Position numbers and translations under genes: made by a program. From Perna viridis (Eukaryota), in contig CM074515.1 of the NCBI GenBank assembly GCA_037379345.1, positions 47,807,743-47,871,742 of the forward strand: 64,000 bases of DNA, written 5' to 3'. The notes beneath the pieces are model-generated. The model worked only from the letters and a program-made list of their open reading frames with translations, ran no database searches and was not told the DNA's origin. Shown here piece after piece: positions 38,801-51,575 of this stretch (its first letter is position 1; every line of letters begins with the position of its first letter).

Positions 38801-41800
38801 TATGATGAATCATTATTGCGCTTCAGCAGAGTGTTTTATACCTGTCTGCCTTCAATAATGTATGTGGATTTCTTTCATTTTTTCCGCATGATTGTTTCAC
38901 CAATATGTATTACAAGTAACTCTTATGTTTTGCCAACAAATAAGTGCTACAAAATCAGACTTCATGTGTTGACATGTACCAGCACTTGAGAATCATGAAC
39001 TTTGTTTCATGCCTAAATAGTGTCCCAGCACAAAAATAGTCCATTTTGCTTGTGCTTTCTTCTCGCTGCATTTAGTGAAGCTTTAAAGAGATTACCACTG
39101 AAACGAAATCAAGGACAAACAATGATAACAGTGTCTTTGATAATTGCAATATGTTACAATATGTAAATGCATGACAATAAACATGTATTTTAGCCACATC
39201 ATATGGCAGTACAGAAACCTCCTCTTGATGAGAAATATTCTTACATGTACATACAATTGTGTGCAAAATCAGGCAAAAATAGAGGTTGAGTGCTTATCAT
39301 TGTCCCAGGTTTTTACTGGTTTTTAAGCCACCTAGTCAGTATTGCTTGACTGAAATTTTGCAAACAGTGTTTCTGTAACATTATAATTTCTGTCCTACAC
39401 TATAAAAAGTTAATACATTAAATATATATTATATTTTAGTGTTCTGAAATGTTATTCTTAAAATATCTCTATCGGCTGCCTTAATTAAGAAAAAAAATAA
39501 ACACTTCTTTCTCTGAAATAATTCAAATTTATCTTAAATAAAACATTACAAACTTTACAAAAATGTAGTACAGTGTACTTCATGAGTACATCTTTGTTTC
39601 AATAACTGTTAATAACAGGTAACATAAGTAATTAGAGTAAAATAGGTTACTTTTCACCTGACTGACAGGTGGTCATTGTTAAAACAACATCCCCTCATAA
39701 CCAGTAAGATCATTAAAGTGGTTTGAAGTGATGAATTTAACACAATAAATTAAAGTCATATCATGTACTAGAAAAAACTTCTAAATACAGAAACTGGAAA
39801 GTTTACTAATGCTATTGCTTTGGAGCTTCTCCCATGTATGATATCTAGTTACCTGCTGATTTATAACGATGTCTGGACCCCCCAATTTCAAAGTATTTGG
39901 ATCCATCCCTGTGTGTTGATTTATTTATGAGCAATTAATGTCAAAATATCAGAATTTCATGTATGAAATCTTTAATTAATACTGTACTGCATATGCCAGT
40001 AACCATACAGTACATGCACATGTATTTTTGTAGTTTTCAGTATAAATTTCCTGTTCACAGACATACAAATGTAAACTGCAAATTTTGCTAAGACATATGA
40101 CAACTGTTCTACACTGGCAATGTTTACAGTAGACCTATCACCATGTAGTTCTGAAAATTTTAAATCAGCGTGTGCATTGGAAGTATATGAAAAAAACTTA
40201 TGTACACCCTCATTTACCTAATACATTGTACATGTATGAATGTCCCTGAAAATCAGCTCTTTGGAAAGGTCTACTTTTGGGTGCCTTGATATCCATCATA
40301 TTTTCAATCCACTTTCATGGACATAGAATTTCTAACTTAATTGATTGTGTCCTTCATGTGTCATGAAAATCCTGTATCTAACTTTAAGATCTGCATTCTA
40401 TATGTATATCTTGACAATGCACTAAAAATGAACCATATTGCAATTGATAATCAATCATGACTTACATGTATATGGATATAATACACATGTACATTCCAAA
40501 CTGAATATTACATGCCAAAATCTGTATCACATGCGGTATCAACACAAGACTCCTATGTCAACCCACTTAGGGCTATTGGTCGTGGGGTGATATGGGTCGA
40601 GGATTGATACCGCATTAGATACAAATTTTGGCATGTCATGTTCATCAAAACATATATTTTAATTATACTTCAAGTGTGTTCTGTGTAGGGTGTGATATAA
40701 GGTATGCAATATAGGTCTAAGGGTGTGCTATAGGGTATGCAATGTAGTCCTAGAGATGTGATATACAGGGGCGGATTCAGGCGGGGCGTGGCGGGCGTGT
40801 GCCCCTCCTAAAATTTGCAAAGCATGCATTGGGTTATCAGAGGTAGATTTAGGCGGTTTTAGGTTGAAACTTTAATTTGTCGCTGATTTTACCACAAAAG
40901 ATCTACATTGCACCCATTCTAGAAGAATATTTCAAAAATTTCTTTTTTATTATTTTTAATTTTTAATTTGCGCCCCCCCCCCAATCTTAAATCCTGGATC
41001 CGCCCCTGATTTAGGGTATGCAATATAAGTCTAAAGGTGTGATATAGGGTATGCCATATATATGTAGGTCTAGGGGAGTGATATGCAGTATATGATGTGC
41101 ATATCATTTTGTATGACTAAAGGTGCGATGTAGTCCATGCAGCGGTGTGATATAGAGTATGCGATATACATGTAGATCTAAGGGTGTGATATACAGTATG
41201 CAATATAGGTCCAGGGGTACGCGAAATAGGTCTAGGCTTGTGATTTAGGGTATGTAATATAAGTCTAGGGGTGTGATATAGGGTATTTAAATCACAGGTC
41301 AGCCACAATGATATTGATTTAAAATTTGAGAATGGGGCAATTTCTAATATGATCAAAAAGTAATCAAATCATTTTTAACATATTTAGGAAAACTTTCAGC
41401 AGGAATGTCATAAGTGGAGACTATGCTCTAAAAGTTTGTTTGGCTACATATAAATACCTAATTTCAACTAGATATCCCTCTTTTTGATAGATCAACTACT
41501 GAATGTGATAAATATGCCACATGGCCTCATTTCATCCCAATATAATTTAGATTAGATTTTAATTGCTCCCCCTTTTTCTTTGTCGCATGACTTCATGTGA
41601 CATAAAAAAAGGGGAAGCAATTAAGGTCTAGTTTTAATTATATTGCCTTTCATTCTTACCTTTGAAACAGACATTGTTTATGTTTCTGCTTTGAAAGCAT
41701 ATTAATTTAACAATTCCATGATTCAAATGTATATTTTCTAGTTTAAATACTTCATACTGTTTACTACATGTACATTTGTATGTTTACTCATTGCTTGCAT

Positions 41801-44575
41801 TTTAAATTCCTGGGATCAAATCAAACACACATGATATATATAGGATTTTCATGGATTTAACAGTACAATGTGTATAAAATATAGAACAACTTGAAAACTC
41901 TTAGCATATGTAAAAATATTTTTCATCAAAATTGTTCACAAAAAATACCTGTAATTTACAAACACTATACAAAAAACCCTTTCAAACCTTCAGGATCTGG
42001 CACAGGTGGATCCACACACTTTGAAAATGAGGGGTGGCAGTTTGGGTTCCTCGAAAAAGGGGGTGCTAGGATAGTATTTCCCATTTTTTGTAAATTTTAC
42101 ACATGAAAATTATAATTTTCCCATAAAAAGGAGGGATGCCACGCCCCCCGCACCCTCACTGTAATCATAAACATTTAAACAATACTTACGTTTTTTTTGT
42201 ACATCACAAAAAAGCGTACATTGCAGCTCAGAAAATCCGTTATTGGAAGCTCCAAACATTTTCAATAGATTTTTATAGTCATGATAGTAGTCTATATTTA
42301 ACTCCTTGGTAAGATTGACATAAAAATTAACACTTTCAAACCTACAGGACCCATCTTGTAATCGTAGACATTAAGAATATACTAACAACTCAAAGAGTGT
42401 ACATTGCAGCCTTCCTTGACAAAAATGGTAATGAAATAAAACAAATCCATTTTCTAATATTACAAAATCAATTTCTAATTTTAAAAAAATCGGTTTTTTT
42501 TTAATATTAGAAATTCAATTAAACTTTTAATATTAAAAAAGGGGTTTTGTAATATTAAAAATCGAATTTGTATTATCGATAAATGAATTTGTAATATTAA
42601 AAAAAAAAAAAATTTTCAATATTAGAAAACACCCATTTTTGCCCACTTTGGCTTGTCATATGCCTATTTGCAGCCTCATTTTAGCACATGCACATGATTC
42701 TTCATCTGGTATGAACGTGATGGTTATAATTATGTAACGTATCAAAAGATGTGTTCTGTTATGTGCTTATTACTGTTAAATCATTGTCATATTTGTCAGG
42801 TCCTTTGTGGGTCCTTAATCGAAAATAAAGAATTTGATTTGATTTTGATTGGATTGGAATTTTGTTGTAGGTATTCATAGAAGACGAAAACAATCCTCCA
42901 GAAATCTGGGCACACGTTGGTATACTGGACCAATTTACGCGAGTGTTCTCCACAGTTCAAGGTGCCACGTTTAAACGTGCCATGAGACAATTTGGTGTAT
43001 TTCTTCCTCAACATGTAAACTCGGGAATAGGACTAAAACTTAATCTCAAGAAGGGTCAGTCCGCTTTAGGAGTTGTCTACCCTGATCGTTTTGTACACGA
43101 GCAGAAAACTGACGTTTTATTAGCAGGTATGGACAAAAAATAGAAAGATTACAATATTTTCATCAGTATTAATTAAGTTCTTCAAGATTTCGTTTCAAGT
43201 TGAGGAATTTGCAGAAATCTTGTTTCATTGTGTATATGTTTATTGTTATGCTTTAAACATTTTCCTGATGTCTCTATCGTATGTAACGTTGACTAATGCA
43301 GATATCGCACTTTTTAGCACTTATTTAACAAACTGTATTTTATCGCAGTGGTTTAAATCATTTAAAAATTGACTATATCAGCCAATCATTGCATTCATCT
43401 ACTTTTATATGTTAATATTTGGCAACAACAAAAAATACACTGCAATTTAAATTCTTTCTTAAACAGGTCTGAATATGACGATACTTCATATTCCCGGAGA
43501 AACCCCTGACCAAATAGGAGTATGGATTCCGGATAAGAAGGTCCTACTCTGCGCAGACGACATTTACAAATCTTTTCCAAATCTTTATGCAATTCGTGGA
43601 ACACCATCTAGAGACCTTATGCACTGGGTGAATTCATTAGATCTTATGCTTAGCTATGATGTAGAATTTCTTGTACCAAGCCACACACGACCTTTGGTCG
43701 GGAAGCAGAATATTAGAGAAACATTGACAGTTTACAGGGATGCAATACAATACATTCACGATCAAACAGTACGTTATATAAACCAAGGGATGACATCAGA
43801 AGAAATAGTTCGGAAAGTCAAACTTCCAAAACACATAGCAGCTCATCCATTCTTACGGGAATACTATGGTACAACGGCTTGGTCGGTGAAAGGAGTGTTC
43901 ACTTCATATCTCGGATGGTTCAGTGGAGACCCAGTTGACCTCCAACCGTTAACGTTCAAAGAAAAATCTGAACGAATGTTAAAGTTAGTCGGCGCTGGCA
44001 AATTGTTGGAAACAGCCAAACAGGCATACAAGGAAAAAGATTTCCAATGGGCTCTAGAATTATCATCTTATGTTCTAACCATTAAACCAGATAATATCGA
44101 TGCTAAAGATCTGAAAATAGATGCTTTGACGTCCTTAGGGGCACGGCAAACTAGCGCGTGTGGGCGGAATTATTACTTGACGTCTGCATTCGAAGAAGCA
44201 GCTGAGATCAAAATTGACCAACCAGATCGCAATAGAAAAGACGCAATCAAGTTGCTCCCGATAAGACAATTATTTTTGGCATTGCCGGTAAGATTTAGAA
44301 CTGAAGAATGTGGTAATGTAAATAGTTCAATTCTCTTTGCATTTACGGACAGTCAGGAAAATGTGAAAATAACAATTAGAAATTCCATTGCAGTAGTAAC
44401 TTTCCATGAAAGTCAGCCGTCATACGAAGTCATGGTGTCTTTGACGACGGAAATATTTCGTGAACTGATTTCTAGTAGAATGCGGGCAGTCACAGCTTAC
44501 GGAACTGGGGAAATAACTATAGATGGTGGTATTATGAAGTTTAGAAATTTAATGAACTGCTTTGAACAAGCTTAA
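35372..44575 (+). CDS. Alkyl/aryl sulfatase, SdsA1/BDS1-like (metallo-beta-lactamase fold + dimerisation + SCP2-like domains), ~583 aa, N-terminal hydrophobic anchor or signal
   Basis: Exons 35372-35551, 36135-36341, 42871-43126, 43467-44575. HxHxDH motif (THNHADH), PGETPDQ, FPNLYAIRGT, LVPSHTRP, IHDQTVR, LREYYGT, YLGWFSGDP and RNYYL are typical of SdsA1-family sulfatases. Confidence 0.92.
36735..37563 (+). mobile_element. 5'-truncated, internally deleted Penelope-like retroelement (RT C-terminal half + 3' region)
   Basis: FQQTVAIPMGTNCAPLLADLFL and FRYIDD RT motifs, then PAYGVFISQL in another frame. The 3' region is shared with five other copies in the window. Confidence 0.85.
40510..40636. 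repeat. Short fold-back element
   Basis: acatgccaaaatctgtatc..atgcggtatcaa / ttgataccgcat..gatacaaattttggcatgt. Confidence 0.8.
40685..41288. repeat. ~33-bp tandem repeat interrupted by a MITE
   Basis: Unit gtgtgatatagggtatgcaatataggtctaggg. Confidence 0.85.
40766..41008. mobile_element. CAGGGGCGGAT-TIR MITE inside the 33-bp tandem array
   Basis: caggggcggattcagg...cctggatccgcccctg, flanked by atata/attta. Confidence 0.8.
41538..41645. repeat. ~108-bp near-perfect palindrome
   Basis: caatataatt..ttaattgctcccccttttt..tgtcgcatga|tcatgtgaca..aaaaaggggaagcaattaa..aattatattg. Confidence 0.75.
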
Positions 44576-45334
44576 TGAGATTTGAGTTGTGTGCTAATAA
44601 TAAATCCCCATACAATATGACTAAACTGCATAATACCAGTACTCGTATATATGCAACATGCAATGCAACTATACAAATTACAGTTATGTGTTAAAGTTTT
44701 TACAAGTTGTCCTCAACAGTTGCACATACTGAAAGTGTGATACATTTTTTTTGTAAATTTTGTAAATATTATTTATATTAAACAAAATCAAAAATATCAT
44801 CGATTCACCGTTGTTATAGGAATTTTTATTCCTGGTAATAATTTTGTTGTTGCTATTCTTGACTGAAGACAGTTCATCACTTGGCGTCCGTCATTGTAAA
44901 CTGTTTACTTGTCATATTACATACTCAGGGGAGGGGACACTCCAATACTCCTTTGATATGAGGTGCCGCTGGGATTCTGCAACCCCACCCTATTCACGTA
45001 TTTTTTTTGAAAAAAAAATGTAGGCCTTTTCATATATATTGTAAGAAAAAAAGAGACCTAATCCAATATAAGGAGTGTTCCCTTGATAAGTTGACAACCA
45101 TTAGATTATTAGGGGGTGGCAGATTTTGAAAATAAATGATCTGTCTCTGATTATGTAGGAAATAAATAATATGGCTGCATCATACCAGAAAATAGTCTGA
45201 TTTTGCATATTGTTAAAAAATAAATATTCAAATTCTGACTTTAGCTAGTGAATTGAAAATAAATATTCTGACCTGGGCAACACCCTTTAAAAAAAATCTG
45301 GCTCGCTACGCTCTCCATAGTTTCATAAATTATT

Positions 45335-45947
45335 GACCGACCTTTACGATAAATGTGATGACTTTTCATTCAGTATTGCCAGTTTTCCTGTCATCTGTGG
45401 CAACATCTCTTCAGCACCTGCGTATGGAGTTTTCATATCACAACTCCTACATTATGCCAGAGCTTGACGTAACTATGCAGACTTTTTGTATCGCGTTAGA
45501 CTTCCCACAGTTAGGCTTCTGGAACAGGGTTATGCTGCAATAAGATGAGTCATCACTATAGAAGTTTTATGGTTGTCATCTACCTCTACAACCAAGAGGT
45601 CGGAAATCCGTTCCTGCATACCCCAACCAAGTCAGAAAATAGCTTGCAAGACAACCTCTAGCAGTGCTGGAGTAGGTCGTCATTATGAACTCGTAGATCG
45701 TTACGGTGTATTATCCATCTGCACCATGAAAACTGATTTGTTCAACATAGTGTAGTTTTCCTTTTTTCTTTCGTCTACACTGGACTTGACTTTCTGTGAG
45801 TGTTTCTAGAAAAGCATGAGATGCTTATCCTACCGGTGCACCAAGTCCATGTTCCCAGTTTTTAGTGGAGTCCGAGTTACTCATTTACTTTTGTTAATTT
45901 GTACATATTATTTTAGTTATGTCTTGTGTTTGTCTGTTTTCCATTTC
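45335..45947 (+). mobile_element. Penelope-like element 3' fragment carrying a 94-bp MITE
   Basis: Degenerate LYDK.DDFSF..GNI..APAYG coding remnant plus the shared 3' region. Confidence 0.82.
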
Positions 45948-46598
45948 CACTAAAATATGCAATTAACAGGAATGTTTGTTTAGACCTGTGCAATTGAGAG
46001 GAATTTTTAACATGGAAGAGTTGGGAAATAATTTGGTTCTTGAAAATGCTATATGTAATTAACAGAAATAAGAAATAATCAGGTATGCAATTAAGTGACA
46101 TCCTCTGTACATGAATGACTTTACTGGCGTAATGTGTGGTTGAATGGTATATTGCAATTATAGACTTCATTCATATACATAGATATGCAATCTGTCCTCT
46201 TGAAAGTTGCTTGCAACATTTCCTGCTAAATTGGGACATATTTCAGTTTCAGGAATTCCATCTGTCGGATATAGTAGACTATGCCTTGTATTATAGAGAA
46301 TGAACTTCATTTAATTATGTCTTTAATATAATAAACAAAAAAAGTAAAACATGCTTTGATATAGAACCCAAACCACATATTTTGGTAACCCGGATATGCA
46401 CATTTGAATTTGTGTTAAAAAAATTACAATTCTCAGTAGTTTCTGTTAAATGACGGATAATTTTGGTACACTATGACGTCATTACAATGAAAAGTGTCAC
46501 AAAAAATAATATTTCCTGACATTTGTGCATTTTACTATATTTTGAACAACAACGTTGATTTTTTTGGGCAATATTCATAAGCTAACACCCCTTAACCT

Positions 46599-49500
46599 TT
46601 ATGCCTTATACCCAACATTATCCCAAAAATTACAATACTGATTTCTGTCCGCAATGTCAAGTTGGTTATATGGCGTTTTAAATCTGATGCTTTGCCAGTT
46701 TGTGCTCTCTTCGTACTTGGGCCATTTAAATGGCACCTCGTTACCAAACGAAGGGTCTCCATTCTTGGCAAAGTTTGTGAAATACGTAATCAAATCGCCT
46801 GACATCGTGTTCTCTTCCGGCGTTGCCGTAAAATTAGAGCTGTCTAGGTACGACTGGAAAACATACGGAATTTCTGATCCGTGACACACGTGGTCCTTAC
46901 ATTCTGTAAATTTTCCCCAGCCGTTAAAAGAGAAAAAATGGTCAAAAACATAAATCCATGATGGCACTACATTTCCTGTTTTTGACTGAATTAGCCGAGT
47001 ATAGTTTCTTGAAGAACAGGTGAAAATGAAGTCTGTGGAAGCTATTTGTAGGTCTAGTCTTTCGTCTAGTGGGTTGTTTGGAGGGTACGTTTCTAATACT
47101 TTGACAACATCTCGTCCAAACGTAGCTAACAGTGCTGCTGAGTATTCAACTGCTGTCATTGAACTATCCCATGCTTCATAAACATAAATACGAGTTTCCT
47201 CTGAATTAGTTCCTATAATAAACGGCTTTTTCTGGAAGAACTTGTGAACTTGGATAGTTTCGGACAGCTTTCAGTGCAAGTGCAACATCATCAGCGGTCT
47301 TTGGGCGCAGACCCTAGTTGTAGTGTCATCATCTCGCCGAGAAAAAGTTCTTCCGGTCTACTTGTAAAAGGAATTGATATTGGGGCACTCTCCATAATTG
47401 CTCTTTGGAAGTATTTTGAGCTTTCTTCGTTCATTAGATGTATTAGCGTAGACTGCGCACCGGCACTCTGTCCAAACAGTGTCACCTAAAAAAAAAACTG
47501 TCCATAATAGAGCATCAATCAAGGAAAAAGGGAATATTCAACTTAAAACACTTTCCTGTCGATATCTAATATGAAATAATACATTATATCAAAAGTGAAA
47601 GATATTTTGAATTCTGCAGACAGGAGATATAATAAGGCAAGCATACTATTGCCAATCTGTGAGCTCGCTGCCAACACTTTGGAAAATAACTCCAATCAAT
47701 TTTAATTTCAAAGAAACAAATTTTCTTTTTTTCTATTGATATAAGATCCAATATGATATTTTATTCATTTCTAAAACAGGCCCATTTCAACATTGTTTAA
47801 ACTGCCCTAGCAGATTAACACGTTAAATATGTACGACTCATTTACCTTACTCGGATCGCCTCCAAAACTTTGGATGTTCTCCGAGATCCATTTCAGAGGG
47901 AATTGTTGATCCATGATTCCGTAATTACCCGTCGCTCCTCTGTGTGTTGGTGTGTCTTTAGTCAATAAAAATCCAAGTGTTCCTAAATAATTAGAGGAAA
48001 TCACAATAATTTCTAAATCTTCGCTTCCTTTTGACTGTAAAACGATTACCGTTTTCATCAATTACAATAAGGTTTATAGTATCTTTTAATTTGACCTACG
48101 TTTTCAAAAAGAAAACATCGAAAAAGACGCGTGTCTGCTACAACTAGCATAATTGAAAAGTTTGTTACTGTATATCCTACATTGTTGTACGCTTCTTGGT
48201 GGATGGTGATTATATATCTGATTATCAATACCGGTATTAGTTGTCAGGTTTTTCCTGGATTTATTCCTGGATTCCGTAATTACCCGTCGCTCCTCTGTGT
48301 GTTGGTGTGTCTTTAGTCAATAAAAATCCAAGTGTTCCTAAATAATTAGAGGAAATCACAATAATTTCTAAATCTTCGCTTCCTATTGACTGTAAAACGA
48401 TTACCGTTTTCATCAATTACAATATGGTTTATAGTATCTTTTAATTTGACCTACGTTTTCAAAAAGAAAACATCGAAAAAGACGCGTGTCTGCTACAACT
48501 AGCATAATTGAAAAGTTTGTTACTGTATATCCTACATTGTTGTACGCTTCTTGGTGGATGGTGATTATATATCTGATTATCAATACCGGTATTAGTTGTC
48601 AGGTTTTTCCTGGATTTATTACTCGTATCGGTGAAGGAGGCGGGCTGCATTATTGTTGCTAGACTATTACCGCTTGCAATATGGCGGGTGATACTGGCGA
48701 AGCAGGATATGCTTGCCCACCTGGAGCACCTGATGTCTCCCCTGTTTTCTTTTTTCTTGTGAGTGGAAAATCATGTAGCTATTGCTTCAGTCTTGATTCC
48801 CTTATCTACAGATTTTATATGTTGTCGTATTTCATTCAGTTCGTTGCATTCGGTATGTAGATCGTCTTAACTTTCTCTTTTCGACCTCAGGCCATGTTTT
48901 AGGTTTTTAAGGTATTTGATTTATCCCACTGCTGACGCTTCGGTATTTTTTCTTCTTCTTCTTTGCCGATATTCAATACTATTTTGCTGTGCTATGTTTT
49001 CTGAATATTACGTTACTAAGATGTTTTCCAACTCTTCCGGTAATTTTAAGTATTAAAATCAATGAAGATCCTGCTTAATTGAAGTTTGTTCATCTGTTAA
49101 AACAATACGTTTTCCGACATATCCAAAGGATGTTTGTCCTACACTGTATTTCGGCTAATATCATATGTAGATTCTCGGTCAAAACACAAATGATCATTAT
49201 ATTCTCTGTCGGAAGTGACGTATGCACTTAGGATGTGATTGTTTGAACTTTAACCGCAGATGCGCATCATGTGTTATAGACATAAGCGATAACAACATAA
49301 CGGTACATTATCAAAAAAGTTAAATGTAAGTTGAGTACAGTTAGCTCCGTCCACCACAACCTTCCCCAGACCTGCGAGAGGCACTCATGTGTTCAGAATT
49401 CCCACCATGTAAATTCACTGTAACCGGATACTTTGAAGCCAACGTCTTTTTGGTGTCCAGATATTCAGGTGTAAAAAGTCTTCAGAAGTCTAACAAACAT

Positions 49501-49966
49501 GAAATGCAATGGAATTCGTTTATTTATGCCGGTTAAGACATGTTTGATACTGTAATGGAATGCAGATGGCGCTCACCCGGTCGGTTCATATGATCATAGT
49601 TCAACATGCAATTGCTAGGTCTTATATTAATAAGATTGATACCAGTTTGTTTACCGTTGCCTATTTTAAACCTCTTACATTTCATATTCTTCCACGAATC
49701 TTATAAGCGTCTCTTGATTTACTACGTACACTATCGCTCCGCAGGCTTACAAACCATGATGTTACTGTAATTACTATGTCAGTGAAAGTTTATTGTACCA
49801 GGGAGTTAGTGTTATATAATCTCTGATTGCACGTACCTTACCGTATCTGGACATGCAAAACTCGGGTTTGTATCTTTGGATCCCTTCTGAGGACACCCAG
49901 AGTTAATGGTGGAAGCATCGTATGTTCCATTCCATGGCTTAATTTCTTTCAACCGGGTTGTTTTAT
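46599..49966 (-). pseudogene. Carboxylesterase pseudogene (paralogue of 57074-60949)
   Basis: No exon 1, since homology ends at ~50085. Small insertion in the exon 2 remnant (~49940) and deletions in the exon 3 remnant (49350-49490). Exon 4 is partly tandem-duplicated. The last exon has deletions at ~47240 and ~47312. Confidence 0.88.
47915..48620. repeat. ~355-bp near-perfect tandem duplication inside the esterase pseudogene
   Basis: gattccgtaattacccgtcgc... starts at 47915 and again at 48270. Confidence 0.92.
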
Positions 49967-50519
49967 CTTAAGTTTAGACGAAATATAAATAGGACAGTGA
50001 TCTGAAGGTAAATACATCGAAAAAGGACTGTAATATTACATCAGTAACGAAAATTACTCTTCTGATTAAATTGTTTCTGTATTCTTCGTCCTATATACCA
50101 GTCGACCCCGATATATCAAATAATTTTTTTTTCTTTTTGTGTTTTATAATTAGTTTATAGTTTAATTACGATGTGCAATATTATTTTTTTTTAAATGCAT
50201 GTTAAGATGATGTTATAAATTGCTTTCCCTTTCTTTAATAAAAACTACGGAAATAATGTCGTCAAAATTAAACATATAATAAATACAATTCATACAAATT
50301 TATACTTGAATTCTATTTGGTAGTTGTAGGATATATAGATAGTAAAGAATTTGCAAATTAACCTTTCAAACATAGAATTGAAAGCTAGGAGTGTATGCAC
50401 GAAGAGCTATAGATCCCCCATGACAACTTATTCTAATACTTATTTTGTTGATTGAAAAAACATAAATATATCTCATCCTTTTATACACAATTTGTCTCCT
50501 CGTCAATATCTATATTCTG

Positions 50520-50678
50520 AAGAGTATTCAAGGGAACCAAGGTTATAGCGGTAATAAAAAGAATGTAACCCGGGACAAAGACCAGACATGGAAAACCGAC
50601 ATACACAACAAAGAACATAAAGTAACTAAAATCATACATACAATTTACCAAAAGCAATTGAGCAACTAGGACTCCAAA
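50520..50678 (-). mobile_element. Penelope-like element extreme 3' fragment
   Basis: Matches 15305-15460. Confidence 0.75.
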
Positions 50679-51575
50679 GAAATGAATTTTTTGTTGCAAA
50701 ATCTGATAAATGTCCTCCCAGTGGCGGATCCAGAAGGGGTGGCGGGGGTTGGAACCCCTTTTTTTATTGGAAAATTTGTCATTTTCATGTGTAAAGTTGA
50801 CAAAAAATGGAAAATAATGTCTTACCACCCCTTGTGCATAGGAAATGACATGGTAAGTTCACGGGGGGGGGGGGGGTTAACTTATTTTCAATGGATAGGT
50901 ACAGGTGTGCGAACCATATCGGTCTACTTTTTTATGATTAGTGATATATGAAAAGGGTAGGCATTTTAGTTGCAGTATATGTGTTAAGATTAACATTTAC
51001 AAATAGACTATATATTATTTAAAATTATTTAAGTAAGTAAAGATTAATACTTTAACGGATGCAAGATGGATATGCTGGAAGGGATCCATGCAATTAAACC
51101 TGACATGAAAACGATATCATCCTGCTTTGATATATATACAGATAAATGCCATGCATATACATGAATGGGTTATATAAATGGGTGTCAGTTTTTCATTGTC
51201 AGAATATATGAATAGGGTGGGCCGCACACCCCTACACCTTTTACCTGTTAAGTTACCCCCCCCCTCCTCCGTGGGTAAATTAAATAATATCCTATACAAT
51301 AAAGACCATGTTGCATTAATTGGCATACTTAATTTACATTTCTCGAGGAAAATTATTTTGTTCTAACCCAAACCTGCGGAAGTCTATGTCACATTACTCT
51401 TACAATGTGAGGATGGAATTCCGTTTCACAAAGTCAGAAAATATCTAGCATTGCTGGAGATAAGTCATGCATGCTCCTCGATCATCCCGCATTTATCACC
51501 CAATTGTCTATTACCTCACATTTCCAAGAATCGAGACAGGGAAGTATTATCATTGTAGGCGAATTGGATTTTAAA

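Larger units (their letters stand above)
37908..42441 (-). mobile_element. Non-autonomous Helentron-like (HINE) element
   Basis: Subterminal inverted repeat gtcaaggaa (37929) / ttccttgac (42412). Hairpin agtgc-tgag-gcact next to one end, and T-rich insertion boundaries on the minus strand. Confidence 0.55.
37620..42662. mobile_element. TIR element (catatgacaagccaaagtgg..) with AT-rich subterminal arrays, split by a ~4.5-kb insertion
   Basis: 37620 catattgcaagccaaagtggacaaaaat is the reverse complement of 42635-42662. aatattagaaa arrays at 37655-37900 and 42450-42630. Confidence 0.75.
44733..50085 (+). repeat. Segmental duplication block B (esterase unit), copy 1
   Basis: Collinear with 54763-60500. 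Confidence 0.92.

Noticed and set aside
39075-39150. LKRLPLK..QGQT resembling a helicase motif inside the Helentron-like element
   Set aside because: Opposite orientation to the inferred element, surrounded by stops, and too short.
46599-47159. 186-aa esterase ORF as a functional gene
   Set aside because: It lacks the catalytic Ser and Glu region and is a remnant of the pseudogene.
51414-51430. NF-kB/IRF-like site GGAATTCCGTTTCAC upstream of the TRIM-like ORF
   Set aside because: It lies within a MITE remnant and probably in an intron; too short to support.
51471-51575. N-terminal 35 aa of the listed 397-aa ORF
   Set aside because: The likely acceptor at 51557-58 and the family-typical start at 51576 suggest it is non-coding.
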